This document shows positions 1 to 9,781 of a stretch of 64,000 nt of DNA, in pieces (within the stretch, counting starts at the first letter, position 1; each line of letters opens with the position of its first letter). Made by a program: the position numbers and the translations under genes. Source of the stretch: an uncultured Planctomycetota bacterium (lineage in GTDB: Bacteria; Planctomycetota; PLA2; JAEUHO01); assembly GCA_963752285.1 (NCBI GenBank), contig CAVVXN010000001.1, positions 480,001-544,000 of the forward strand. The letters are read 5' to 3'. Below the pieces are notes generated by a model that worked only from the letters and a program-made list of their open reading frames with translations, was not told the DNA's origin and searched no databases.

Positions 1-723
1 GCGCAGGACGACGAGACGGGCGCACCGCCGTCCGCGCCATCCCGGGCGCCGCCGCGCGTCCCGGGGTCCTGGATCCGGGTCGCGCGCGTCGGGGGCGTCC
101 CGCTCTTCGTCGATCCCCTGCTGCCGCTGCTCCTCGTGCTCCTCGCGTGGGTCGGCCTCCCCGGGCAGTCCCTGCTCCGCTCCCTCTTCGGGTTCGCGGT
201 GCTCCTCGCCTTGGTCGCGGTCCACGAGGCCGCACACGCGGGGATGGCCCGGCGCCGCGGCCTTTGCGTCGGCGGCATCTACCTCCACCTCCTGCCCGCG
301 GCCTACGTGGAGGCCGGCACCCCGAGCGACGAGTGGCGCGTCGCGCTGGCCGGCCCGGTCGTGAACCTCGTCCTCGGCGGGTTGCTGCTCGTGGCCCGCG
401 CGGCGACCGGTCCGCTCCCGCGGACCGCCGTGGACTGGGCCGCGGACCCCCTCGCCCTGGCCGCGGGCGCGAGCCTCGCGATGGGGGTTCTGAACCTCGT
501 GCCCGTGCTGCCCGCCGACGGGGGACGCGTGGTCCGCGCGCTCCTCGAGCAGCGGTACGGACGACGCGCCGGCCGCCGGGCCGTCGGCGTCCTCGGGATC
601 CTGCTCGGCGGCGGCGGCGCCCTCGCCGCCTGGTTCGGGCTGGGGCGCCCGCTCGGCACCTGGGTCGCGGCGCTGGCGATCTACGCGGCCTGGGTCTCGG
701 GGCGCGAGCTGGTCCGCTCCTGA
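1..723 (+). CDS. Site-2 protease / peptidase M50 family membrane metalloprotease (5'-partial)
   Basis: Frame is open from base 1 (..GSWIRVARVGGVPLFVDP..). HEAAH zinc motif, ALAGPVVN, NLVPVLPADGGRV (NxxPxxPxDG) and several TM segments. Confidence 0.85.
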   Translation, partial: AQDDETGAPPSAPSRAPPRVPGSWIRVARVGGVPLFVDPLLPLLLVLLAWVGLPGQSLLRSLFGFAVLLALVAVHEAAHAGMARRRGLCVGGIYLHLLPAAYVEAGTPSDEWRVALAGPVVNLVLGGLLLVARAATGPLPRTAVDWAADPLALAAGASLAMGVLNLVPVLPADGGRVVRALLEQRYGRRAGRRAVGVLGILLGGGGALAAWFGLGRPLGTWVAALAIYAAWVSGRELVRS

Positions 724-754
724 GCGGGGCGCGGGACGGGGCGGGACGGTTCGT

Positions 755-2788
755 TCAGCGGACCGCGACCACGGTCGCCGCCGCGCCGGTGTTCCCGTCG
801 GCGTCTCGCGACTGAACGACGACGTCGTGCGGTCCCGCAGGCGGCAGATCGAGCTCGGCCTGGTACGTCTCGGTCGCCTCGTCGAGGAGGCCGTCCGTCG
901 AGGCGAGCACCTGCCAGGGACCGCCGTCGATCGACACGCGGATCTCGGCCACCCGGCCGCCCTGCTGGTCCTCGACCTCGCCCTCCAGGAGGAGGTGACC
1001 CTTCGAGGGACGGGCACGGACCGTGACGCGCGGGGGCGTGTTGTCGATCCGGTGCGGGGTCGAGACGAGCGTCGTCTCACGCGCGGAGGACGGCGGGTTG
1101 TCGGGACGGTCCGACACCGTGAGGCGGACCACGTACATCCCGTCGGGGAGCCCCGACGTGTCCCACGCGTACGTCGGCTTGTCGAGCACCTCGTCCTTGA
1201 CGAGTCGCATCCAGTGGGGCGAGCCGACGCGGTTCGCCTCGAGCCGGACGAGCAGGCGGTCCTCGTCGGGGTCGTCCACCTTCCACGTGACCGTGCGGGC
1301 CGGCGTGGGGTCGGGAATCCCACTGTCGTTCGACTTCCCGGCGCGCTTCACCTCGAGCTCGTTGATCTTGGGCGCGCGGTTCGGCGACGCGACCACGACC
1401 CGCAGGCCGCGGAGCTCCGCGTCGCCTCCGTCCAGGGTCGCCCGAAGCTGGAGGAAGCGGCCCTCGAGGTCCGCGGCGCCGCTCGCGCCGTCGAAGCCCC
1501 GGATCGGCTTCCACGCGGACCACGCGTCACCCGGGTCGTCCGTCTCTCCCGCGCGGGCCTCGACCGACTTGATCCCCGATCCCACGACGCTCACCCGGCC
1601 CCAGTGCGCGACCGCGCCCGCGTCGAGGCGCTTCGTCGTGAACGTGCCCGAGGGCGCGCCGGCCTTGGCCCGGTGGAGGACGGCGGGGTTGCTGGTGACG
1701 ACCGCGAGGAACTTCGACTCCGCGCCGGAGAGGATCACGCTGACCTCCGCCTCGGGGAAGTCGGCGAGGATCGCCGGGGCGCGCCCGGTCGTCACGCGGA
1801 CGAGCCGGCCCTCGGGGTACGTGCCCACGACCGCGCCGTCGCCGTCGGCCGCCATCGAGAGCGCGGCCACCCGCTTCTCCTCCCACAGCGTCTCGACCGC
1901 GCCGCTCTTCTCGACGTGGAGCACCACGCCGCTCTGGAGCGACGGGCGCGGGGGCGCCTTCTTCTGCCCGTTCTGCGCGGGCGGAATGTTCATCATCTGG
2001 TTGAGGAGGTTCGAGAGCGTCTGCGGGTTCCCGCCGGCCTGGTCCTGGTTCGCCGCGATGAGGAGGCTCCCGTCCGGCTCCGTGACGAGCCCGACCACCT
2101 CCTGCGCATCGAGGTCGCGGACGACGCTCGACTCGTGACCCCGGACGGACAGGACGAGCCCCTTCGGCGAGGTGCCCACGAGGATCTCGTCGCCGCGCCG
2201 GGCGAGGCACCGCGCGTGGTCGTCGCCGACGTCGAGGATCTTCTCGACCGCGCCGAACGCGTCCACGTGCCACAGGGCGCCCGGCACCCCGCTCGCCGCC
2301 ACGAGTCCACCCCGCGCGTCGGGGAGCAGCGCCCACACGTACTCCGCGGGGATCGAGGCCAGGGGCTTCGCCGTGCCGCCCGCCTCCGCCGTGACCAGGC
2401 GCGCCCCCGGCGCGAGCGCGGCGGCGACCCTCCCTTCGGGGAGGGGGGCGAGCGCAGTCACCATGAGCGCGTCGCCGCCCGTCGCGACGCGTTCGACCTT
2501 GCCAGCCGCGTCCACGCGGAGGAGCTCGCCGCCGTTCCCGGTGCCGACCCAGGTGTCGTCGCCCACCTGGATCGCGGTCCAGGAGGTCGGCGTGTCCAGG
2601 TCCACGGCCTCGAATGCGGGCCCCGGCCGGAGCACGCCGTCGTCCGCGAGGGAGAGCGACGTCCACTCTCCGTCGGCGAACGTCTTCTGGCCCGAGACCT
2701 CCTCGACGTGCGGAGCCGCGGCGATCGCGGCGCGCCCGAGGAACGCCAGGGCCCCGAGGGCGAAGGCGCAGAGGATCCGACGACGCAT
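755..2788 (-). CDS. Secreted beta-propeller protein with C-terminal Ig/FN3-like domains, probable partner of the S55 peptidase
   Basis: ATG at 2788 preceded by GGAGG. Signal peptide MRRRILCAFALGALAFLGRAAIAA, repeated propeller-like GT..G.LL/V motifs, C-terminal WDTSGLPDGMYVVRLTVSD / DNTPP / DADGN Ig-like motifs. Confidence 0.7.
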   Translation of the reverse strand: MRRRILCAFALGALAFLGRAAIAAAPHVEEVSGQKTFADGEWTSLSLADDGVLRPGPAFEAVDLDTPTSWTAIQVGDDTWVGTGNGGELLRVDAAGKVERVATGGDALMVTALAPLPEGRVAAALAPGARLVTAEAGGTAKPLASIPAEYVWALLPDARGGLVAASGVPGALWHVDAFGAVEKILDVGDDHARCLARRGDEILVGTSPKGLVLSVRGHESSVVRDLDAQEVVGLVTEPDGSLLIAANQDQAGGNPQTLSNLLNQMMNIPPAQNGQKKAPPRPSLQSGVVLHVEKSGAVETLWEEKRVAALSMAADGDGAVVGTYPEGRLVRVTTGRAPAILADFPEAEVSVILSGAESKFLAVVTSNPAVLHRAKAGAPSGTFTTKRLDAGAVAHWGRVSVVGSGIKSVEARAGETDDPGDAWSAWKPIRGFDGASGAADLEGRFLQLRATLDGGDAELRGLRVVVASPNRAPKINELEVKRAGKSNDSGIPDPTPARTVTWKVDDPDEDRLLVRLEANRVGSPHWMRLVKDEVLDKPTYAWDTSGLPDGMYVVRLTVSDRPDNPPSSARETTLVSTPHRIDNTPPRVTVRARPSKGHLLLEGEVEDQQGGRVAEIRVSIDGGPWQVLASTDGLLDEATETYQAELDLPPAGPHDVVVQSRDADGNTGAAATVVAVR

Positions 2789-2836
2789 GGGCTTTCCTCC
2801 CGGCATCTCCTGACGGCTCTGAGCCACGCGCGACCG

Positions 2837-4609
2837 TCAGCGTTCGACGTCGAAGACGACCGTGGCCTGGCCATCGACGATGTAGGGGACGTCCCGCCGC
2901 ACCTTCTCGGTGACGGGCTCGAGCTGGGCGCCCGTGCTGTCGTTCGAGCGCGCGAGGCGCGGCAGCGCGGAGAGCGGCACGTTCCGAACGAGGTGTCCGC
3001 CCATGTCGAGGTTCACGCGTCCGGTGGGCACGACGGCGATCAGCTCCGTGCTCTTGTAGAACGCCGCGTACAGCTTCGGGATGTCCTGGACGTCCACGGG
3101 GTTCGCGACCTCGGCGGGAACCATGTCGCCGCCCGTGACGAGGACGGGGAGGCCGCCGGCGGGCGCGTCGGTCGGGATTCGGAGCTTCACGCGCTCGTAG
3201 AAGATCCCGCCGTTCTCCCGGCGCCGGAGCCGTGCGAGCACCTCCACCTCGTCCCCGGGGTGCACCGATTCGCGCGAGGCGGACGCGGCCTCGATCGTGC
3301 ACCTCCGGTCCACGTTCTCGATCTCGACCGAGAGCTTCACCCACTCGAACTCGGCGCGCTCGGTCGGGTGGATCATGACCCGGTCTACGAGGCCCATGAG
3401 GATGCGGGAGAGCCCCGTGTCGAAGCCGGCGATGGTGTCCTCGTAGGACCACGGCTTCTCGACCCCGGCGAGCTTCACCTGGATCGTGTAGCGCTTGCTG
3501 TTGGCCCCGAGCGTGCCCTCCGACCTCGACATCATGTCGCGCAGGGCGATGAACATCATCCGTTGGAAGAAGCTGCGATTCGCGGTGATCTCGACGTGGA
3601 ACGACTCCTTCCGTCCCGTGACCGCGTTCGAGATGTCCACGTCGAACGGCACCATGGGCGCGGTCTTGCCGCGAACGCCGATGATGCCGGCGTCGCGGTC
3701 CTGGATCAGCGCGCCCACGTCGCGGATCGACGCGCCCAGCTTGAAGGAGATCTCCACGCTGGGGACCACCGTGTAGACGTACCCGACGCTCATCGGGAAG
3801 AGCGTCTCTCCCATCCCGATGAAGGGGTGGCCGAACGCGAGGATCTTGTCGCCCTCGATCCAGGTGCACGTGCCGACCGCCGCGACGTTCAGATCGCCGC
3901 GGATCAGGTCCACCACGAGCGCGGAGCCCGGGACGAGCGGCGCGTCCAGGTTCGCCCAGCCGCCGGGTGCGCCGGCGACGAGGCCCCCGCTGACCGTGTG
4001 GGGGTCGAAACCGTACGGCTCCATCGCCGCGGCGATCTCGGCGCGGCCCTTCGCCGTGAATCCGCCGATGGCCAGCGGCGTGGCGATGGGGACGAGCTCC
4101 TTCGCGTCGGCGCCGATCGGCACGGGCGGTCGCTGGCGCAGCGGGGTAGGGGGCTCCGCGCCCGAGGCGCGGCCCTCGAGGGGGCGGTCGGCCTCGGCCA
4201 GCATCGTCTCGATCGGGGTGATCCCCGCCAGCGGCTCCTTCGACCAGGCCCACGTGTAGGAGAGCGCCCCGACCACGCGCCCGTCGATGTACATCGGCGA
4301 TCCGGACATGCCCTGGGCGACGCCCAACCGGGCCAGGTCGTCGCCGAGGCACCGGACGAGGATCACGTCCTCCTTCGCGAGGTAGTGGTGGATGACGTCG
4401 ATCACCTCGACGGGGAAGCGCGTCGTCTTCGTCGCGGAGAGGACCGTGACCACCTCGCCCTTGAGGCCCGGCCGGATGTCCCGGAGCGGGAAGATCGAGT
4501 CGTGGCGGGACGGGGCGGCCTCCGGCGGGTCCTCGCCCGCGCCGGCCGGGCCGACGCCCGCGAGGACGAGGAGCGCAAGGACAGAGGCAGGCAGGCGGAA
4601 GGTCGGCAT
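2837..4609 (-). CDS. SpoIVB-like peptidase S55 domain protein, secreted
   Basis: Signal peptide; GVAQGMSGSPMYIDGRVVGALSY and LAFGHPF motifs typical of S55-domain proteins. Confidence 0.85.
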   Translation of the reverse strand: MPTFRLPASVLALLVLAGVGPAGAGEDPPEAAPSRHDSIFPLRDIRPGLKGEVVTVLSATKTTRFPVEVIDVIHHYLAKEDVILVRCLGDDLARLGVAQGMSGSPMYIDGRVVGALSYTWAWSKEPLAGITPIETMLAEADRPLEGRASGAEPPTPLRQRPPVPIGADAKELVPIATPLAIGGFTAKGRAEIAAAMEPYGFDPHTVSGGLVAGAPGGWANLDAPLVPGSALVVDLIRGDLNVAAVGTCTWIEGDKILAFGHPFIGMGETLFPMSVGYVYTVVPSVEISFKLGASIRDVGALIQDRDAGIIGVRGKTAPMVPFDVDISNAVTGRKESFHVEITANRSFFQRMMFIALRDMMSRSEGTLGANSKRYTIQVKLAGVEKPWSYEDTIAGFDTGLSRILMGLVDRVMIHPTERAEFEWVKLSVEIENVDRRCTIEAASASRESVHPGDEVEVLARLRRRENGGIFYERVKLRIPTDAPAGGLPVLVTGGDMVPAEVANPVDVQDIPKLYAAFYKSTELIAVVPTGRVNLDMGGHLVRNVPLSALPRLARSNDSTGAQLEPVTEKVRRDVPYIVDGQATVVFDVER

Positions 4610-4703
4610 GAGCCCATCCGGCAGGGAGGTGGCCGGATTCTAGCCCGGGGGTCCGCGAGGGCGACCCGGGCCGTGCCGGCGGAGACGCCCTGCCTTTCGA
4701 GCC

Positions 4704-5864
4704 TCAGTCGGCGGACGGAGCGTCCAGGTCCGCGACGAGACGGCGGAGCTTCGTGAGGACGGCGGCCGGTCCCTCGAGGACCACGGCGTGCCCCGCCTCG
4801 TCCGCCACCACGGCGGCCGCAACGCCGTCGCGCGTCCAGGCCTCGGGCGACGCCGCGATGACCCGAGCCACGACATTCTCCACGTCCCGGGCGAGGGCGT
4901 GCTCGAGTCGCACGACCTCGACCGCGGAGGGCGGCGCCTCTTCCTTCTTCGCGGGCGCCTCGGGCAGCGCCACGTCGAGGAGGCGGATCGCCGCCCCGAC
5001 AGCCTCGACGTCCGCGGGCGAACCGCGCGCGAGGATGCGGTTCCCGCGCGGGAGAGCGTGGACGTGGAGCCTCGGGCCGCCCTCGGCGTCGGTCGCCGGG
5101 ACGTTCGGCGCGGGGTCGTTCGCGTCGAGCTGGAGGCGGAGGAGCGGCGCCACCTCGGCGGCGTCGGCGTGCGAGAGGGGGAACACGCGTTGCACGGCCG
5201 CGCGCTTCGCGAGTCTCGTGTCGAACTCCCGGACCAGCCGCCAGACCTGGACGACCGTCGGGGCGAAGTCGGTCACGACGAGCGCGCCCGACTCGGGAAG
5301 CTCGGTGACGGACCCGATGTTCATCCCGGTGACGAGCTTCGAGACCGCCGTGCGGAGCTCCCGGAGCGACGAGGCGTGCTCCACCGGCAGGGTCGCGGTC
5401 ACGAAGACGCCGTCCTCGGAGGCGAGGTCGTCGGCGTTCTGCTCGGTGATGTCCACGCGGATCGGCCGCAGGTGGAGGATCGCGGCCGACTGCCGGACGT
5501 CCAGGACGATCCACGTGGGATCCTCGCGCGGCCCGACCTCGACGACCGCGAGCTCGTAGAACGTGAGCAGCGATCGCGCCCACGAGAAGAGGTGGTCGGG
5601 CGTCCCGCGGCAGAAGAGCGGGCCCGACATCTTCTTCCCCTGGATCTGCCGCGACTGCGGGTCCCACACGAGACGACGCGACGTGGCCTCCGCGACGACG
5701 CGCAGGAAGGCGCCCGTGTCCATGTCCTCGGTGGTCGAGATCTCGACCTGGGGCGCGGCGCCGGGCTCCCCCGCGGGCGCGGTCCTCGAAAGGGCGAGCA
5801 GCAGCGCGCTCGCCCCGAGGACCCCGAACAGGACTCCGACGCACGGCTTCGACCTCGGCTCCAT
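4704..5864 (-). CDS. Secretin N-terminal (GspD N0/N1-N3-like) domain protein lacking the secretin barrel
   Basis: Signal peptide; repeated units of the type V.PL.HADA.EVA..L and NRILARGSPADVEAVGAAIRLLD, ending RRLVADLD. No C-terminal secretin domain. Confidence 0.65.
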   Translation of the reverse strand: MEPRSKPCVGVLFGVLGASALLLALSRTAPAGEPGAAPQVEISTTEDMDTGAFLRVVAEATSRRLVWDPQSRQIQGKKMSGPLFCRGTPDHLFSWARSLLTFYELAVVEVGPREDPTWIVLDVRQSAAILHLRPIRVDITEQNADDLASEDGVFVTATLPVEHASSLRELRTAVSKLVTGMNIGSVTELPESGALVVTDFAPTVVQVWRLVREFDTRLAKRAAVQRVFPLSHADAAEVAPLLRLQLDANDPAPNVPATDAEGGPRLHVHALPRGNRILARGSPADVEAVGAAIRLLDVALPEAPAKKEEAPPSAVEVVRLEHALARDVENVVARVIAASPEAWTRDGVAAAVVADEAGHAVVLEGPAAVLTKLRRLVADLDAPSAD

Positions 5865-5955
5865 CGCCGTCTCCCTTTGGCCCCCCGCGTCGCCGCTCGG
5901 GCGCCCCCCCTTGGACGCCCGTCTCGCGCGCGGCTTCCCCGGCGCGCGGTCCGGG

Positions 5956-6816
5956 CTACGCAGATTGGAGCACGGCGCGGCCGTCGGCCCGAACGACGTC
6001 GAGACGCGACTCCGCGACGAGCCGACCGTCGAGGCGGGCCTGGACGCGCCAGCGGCCCGGGGTCCGCTCGAGGAGGGCTCGCGTCTCGTCCCGCACCGCG
6101 ACCCGGGCGGCGTCCTGGGCGAGGTCCCGGACGGGGGTCAGGCGCACGCTCCGGCTCCGCGCGGCGTGGGAGAAGACCACCAGGAGCGTCGGGCCCGGTC
6201 GCGGCGGGCGGCGCGCCCCGGCCGGCGCGGCGAGGAACACGTCCACCGACACCGGACCGCGCCCGGGCTCGAGTCGGGCGAGACCGTCGGCCGGGGCGCG
6301 TCCGGCGACGCGCACCTCGATCCGGCCCCGGACGCCGTCCAGCCAGGCGGCGAGGCGCCTCCGCCGCGCCCGGGCGCGAACGACGCCGACACCCAGTCCG
6401 AGGAGTCCGAGCAGCCCGCCCGCGAGGAGGACGCGCGCCAGGCCGCGCCCGCGGTCGAGGAGGGCGAGGTCCACGGCGTGGTCGGCGGTCGCGGCGCGCG
6501 CGGCGTCCCCGGGCGCGAGCCGGGCGGCGGCCTCGAGCTCCGAGAGGGCGCCCTCGACGTCACCGGCTGCGAGAAAGGCGCGTCCCGCGCGGTCCATCGC
6601 CTCGGCGGTGGGCTCGCGCTCGGCGGCCGCCCCGAGCCGCCGGGCGCGGACGAGGGAGGTCTCCTCGGGGCGGAGGCCGTCGCCGGACCGCGCGAGCGTC
6701 CAGCCGGCGGTCGTCTCCGCCCCGAGCAGGGTGGCCTCGACGTATCCCCCCCCGGCCACGCCGGCGAGCGCGAGGCCGAGGAGGAGGGGCTTCGTGCGAA
6801 GGGGAGATCGTCGCAC
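5956..6816 (-). CDS. Hypothetical membrane protein with TPR-like segment
   Basis: Two hydrophobic segments flank a TPR-like helix pair (GRAFLAAGDVEGALSELEAAARLAPGD). AAGGA lies upstream of the GTG. Confidence 0.55.
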   Translation of the reverse strand: MRRSPLRTKPLLLGLALAGVAGGGYVEATLLGAETTAGWTLARSGDGLRPEETSLVRARRLGAAAEREPTAEAMDRAGRAFLAAGDVEGALSELEAAARLAPGDAARAATADHAVDLALLDRGRGLARVLLAGGLLGLLGLGVGVVRARARRRRLAAWLDGVRGRIEVRVAGRAPADGLARLEPGRGPVSVDVFLAAPAGARRPPRPGPTLLVVFSHAARSRSVRLTPVRDLAQDAARVAVRDETRALLERTPGRWRVQARLDGRLVAESRLDVVRADGRAVLQSA

Positions 6817-6916
6817 CGTCGGGTCCTTCCCGCGCGTCGTGCGCGAACACGTCCTTCCGCGCGTCCCCCGCGGGCCGTCTTGGCCCGCGCGGGCGCGCGG
6901 CGGGGGGAGAGGAGGG

Positions 6917-7708
6917 TCAGCGCGACGCGGGCGCGGTGCCGAGCGCCTCGTCCAGCGCCTCGCGCGCGTCCGTCGGCGTGGTCAGGTCGAGGTCGGCGGC
7001 GCCCGCCCGGACGGGCAGGCGGGAGACCTCGTAGTACGAGAGCAGCTTGTTCTTCTCGCGCACCTCGGTGCGGACCCTGGCGAGGCGTTCCTGCGCGGCG
7101 GCGAAGCCACTCGACGAGACGCCCGTGTCGCCGACCGCCTCGCGCGTGTGCGCGGCGGCCGTGCGGGCGTCGAGCGACTCGATCTCGGCCGCGAGCACCT
7201 GGACCTCCTGGGCGAGGCGCGCCTGCTCGGTCCGCGCCTCCTCGATGGAGGCGAGCGTGGCCGCGTGCTCCTGCTTCAGGCGATCGAGGTCGGCGCGGCG
7301 CCGTTCGAGGAGCTCGGTCTCTGCCTTGAACGCCCACGCGCGACGGACGGCCTCCTGCTCCTCGGGCCGCGGCGCGGTCGAGGTCGGGACGACCTCGAGG
7401 TCGCGGCGGAGGGAGGTGAGCTCGGTCCGTTCGCGGCCCACGCGGCGCTCGAGGGTCTTCACCTCTCGCTCGGTCTGGGCGACGCTCTCGCCGAGGTTCT
7501 CGGCCGCGACCTCGCCCTTGATCACGCTCTCGGCGTACGAGTCCACGAGGGCGCGCGCCTCGGCGAGCTGCTGCTTCAAGGGCACGTTGGCGGTCAGGTG
7601 CTCGCGGATCTCGCGGCGGGCCTCGCCGATGGCGCCCTTCACGACGTCGACGCCGACGAAGGCCACGAGGGCCGCGCCCGCGACGACAAGGAGGAGGATC
7701 TTCTTCAT
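6917..7708 (-). CDS. Coiled-coil protein with N-terminal hydrophobic anchor/signal, PspA/IM30-like
   Basis: True start MKKILLLVVAGAALVAFVG (ATG 7708, GGAG upstream) lies inside the 904-aa track ORF. The remainder is a long E/R/A/L-rich heptad helical region. Confidence 0.6.
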   Translation of the reverse strand: MKKILLLVVAGAALVAFVGVDVVKGAIGEARREIREHLTANVPLKQQLAEARALVDSYAESVIKGEVAAENLGESVAQTEREVKTLERRVGRERTELTSLRRDLEVVPTSTAPRPEEQEAVRRAWAFKAETELLERRRADLDRLKQEHAATLASIEEARTEQARLAQEVQVLAAEIESLDARTAAAHTREAVGDTGVSSSGFAAAQERLARVRTEVREKNKLLSYYEVSRLPVRAGAADLDLTTPTDAREALDEALGTAPASR

Positions 7709-7719
7709 CGGAACGACTC

Positions 7720-9615
7720 CTAGCGGGGGAGGAACGGGGGAGGGGAAGGGGGGAACCCGAACGCGCTGCGGGGGAGCTCCGGGCGGGCTTCCACCGGAAC
7801 CGGGTGGCGGGGCGCGCGCGTCAGGTGCCGCACGGTGTAGAGGCCCGAGAGGAACCAGGTCGAGAGGAGCACCACCACGAACACGACGAAGGCGATGCCG
7901 ACGCCGCGCCTCCGGCGACGGCGGTAGAACGTCGCGACGAGCACCGCCGTGGCGACCGCGAGGGCCACGAGGCTCAACCGAACGGCGTGCTGGCGTGCCG
8001 GCTCCATGCTCGCCCAGAACGTCCCCAGGTTCTCGGCGACGGGCTGGGGGCCGAGCATCAGGAAGCCCGCGTAGAGCGCCCACAGGAGCGACGCGAGGAG
8101 GAGGACGTGCAGCCAGAACGGCGCGGCGCGCCGCCCCGCCCGCGCCTCGACCCGCACGACCGGCGACGCGACGACGGGCCGGGGCCCCTCGAGCGCGCGG
8201 CGCCCCACCTGGAACGCGCGGCGGGCGCGGTCGGAGGTGAACACGACGAGGCCGTACACGCCGAGCGCCGTTCCGAACGGCGGGAGGAAGAGCAGGAGGA
8301 CGCTCGTCGTGATCTGCCCTTCGCGCGCGCCCTGTGACATGCGCGAGAGCCGGCCGCCCTGACGCAGTAGAAGGATGGCGGCGATGAGCGCGAGCACGCC
8401 CCCGACGCGCGGCCACATCGGGAAGACGCCCTCGAGCACGGAACGTCCGAGGACGCCCACGAACGCGAGGAGGAACAAGACGCCGAACACGCGGTCGAGC
8501 GCGGCGGTCAGGTCCACGTGGCGCAGGATCGAGCGGAGCGCGTCGAGGCTCTCCTCGCCGAGCACGACCGGTTCGGGGGGCGCCGATCGCGCGCGCGGCG
8601 GCGCGGACCGCGACGTGCGGCGGCGGGCCCACGCCTCGTCGATGGCGTCGCCGAACGACGACGCGGAGGCGAAGCGGCGCGCGCGCTCCGGCGCGAGCGC
8701 GCGGTTCACCACGGGATCGAGCACCTCGGGCACGTCGGGACGGACCCGGCTCGGCGGCTCGAAGCGCCCGAGCGGCAGCACGCCCGTGAGCATCTCGTAG
8801 AGCAGCACCCCGAGCGCGTACACGTCGGCGCGCCCGTCGAGGTCCCGTTCGCCGCGGCGCTGCTCGGGCGCCATGTACTCGTACGTGCCGAGGATCACGT
8901 CGGTCCTCGTGAGGAGCGTCGTGGCTTCGGGCCCGCCGTTCGTGGCGAGGCGCGACAGGCCGAAGTCCACCAGGTGGACGCGGCCGTCGTCGTCGAGGAG
9001 CACGTTCTCGGGCTTCAGGTCGCGGTGCACGACGCCTCGCGCGTGCGCGTAGGCGAGCGCGCGGGCGATCTCGCCGGCGATGCGCACGGCCTCGGCGGGC
9101 GGCAGCGGGCCCTGGTGGATGCGGCGGCGCAGGTTCTCGCCGCGCACGTACTCCATCGCGAACCAGAGCCGGCCGTCCTGCTCGCCACGGTCGAGCACCT
9201 CGACGACGTGCGGATGCGAGAGGCTCGCCAGGACGCGCGCCTCCCGGTGGAACCGACGGACGAACGCCGGGTCCGCGGCCAGCTCGCCCGAGAGGATCTT
9301 CACGGCCACCCGACGACGGCCCGGGGCGTCGGTCGCCTCGTACACGCGGCCCATTCCGCCCTCGCCGATCTTGCGGACGAGGCGCCACGGCCCGAGCGAC
9401 GTGCCCACGAGCGGATCGACCTCGGGGGCGCCCGCGCGGGGGTGCCCGTCGTGGACCGTCGCGCGGTGCACGGCGGAGAAGGCGGTCCCGCAGGCGGGAC
9501 ACGCGACGGCCGCGCCGTCCTCGGGGACGGGGACCGGCTCGCCGCACTCCGGACAGTGGGTGGTCCACGTGTCGATGGCGCCCCCCTTCGAGAATGCGAT
9601 GCCCGCCGGGTCCAT
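7720..9615 (-). CDS. Membrane-anchored Hanks-type Ser/Thr protein kinase with N-terminal zinc ribbon
   Basis: CPECG..CPACG ribbon; GEGGMGRVY, VAVK, HRDLKPEN, DFG, GTYEYMAPEQ; multiple C-terminal TM helices. Start uncertain (9615 ATG, 9624 GTG or 9576 ATC). Confidence 0.9.
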   Translation of the reverse strand: MDPAGIAFSKGGAIDTWTTHCPECGEPVPVPEDGAAVACPACGTAFSAVHRATVHDGHPRAGAPEVDPLVGTSLGPWRLVRKIGEGGMGRVYEATDAPGRRRVAVKILSGELAADPAFVRRFHREARVLASLSHPHVVEVLDRGEQDGRLWFAMEYVRGENLRRRIHQGPLPPAEAVRIAGEIARALAYAHARGVVHRDLKPENVLLDDDGRVHLVDFGLSRLATNGGPEATTLLTRTDVILGTYEYMAPEQRRGERDLDGRADVYALGVLLYEMLTGVLPLGRFEPPSRVRPDVPEVLDPVVNRALAPERARRFASASSFGDAIDEAWARRRTSRSAPPRARSAPPEPVVLGEESLDALRSILRHVDLTAALDRVFGVLFLLAFVGVLGRSVLEGVFPMWPRVGGVLALIAAILLLRQGGRLSRMSQGAREGQITTSVLLLFLPPFGTALGVYGLVVFTSDRARRAFQVGRRALEGPRPVVASPVVRVEARAGRRAAPFWLHVLLLASLLWALYAGFLMLGPQPVAENLGTFWASMEPARQHAVRLSLVALAVATAVLVATFYRRRRRRGVGIAFVVFVVVLLSTWFLSGLYTVRHLTRAPRHPVPVEARPELPRSAFGFPPSPPPFLPR

Positions 9616-9626
9616 GTCGAGCACGG

Positions 9627-9642
9627 TTCAAGGCCCGTGCCG
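9627..9642 (-). promoter_or_regulatory. Candidate sigma54 (-24/-12) promoter for the kinase operon
   Basis: Minus strand reads CGGCACGGGCCTTGAA against consensus TGGCAC-N5-TTGC (-12 is GA rather than GC). Directly downstream of a sigma54 activator gene. Confidence 0.5.
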
Positions 9643-9740
9643 ATCGACGGGCGCCAGCCCGTGCCCGCCGAAACTCGTGGCGCAGGGAGAGGTTACGGCG
9701 AGTGGGCGCTCGGAGGCCCCGACCGGACCCGTCCCCGTCG

Positions 9741-9781
9741 TCGAACGAAACGTGTGGCCTCCGACTGGACGTTTCGTTCGA
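9741..9781. promoter_or_regulatory. Perfect 13-bp inverted repeat, candidate upstream activator sequence
   Basis: TCGAACGAAACGT-N15-ACGTTTCGTTCGA, AT-rich for this genome, centred about 145 bp upstream of the predicted sigma54 start site. Confidence 0.6.

Noticed and set aside
827..4756. Long antisense or alternative-frame ORFs (e.g. 827..4756, 17564..20413, 29043..33716, 30419..34015, 37574..41026)
   Set aside because: They are R/G/P/A-rich, carry no family motifs and overlap well-supported genes; expected from stop-codon scarcity at very high GC.
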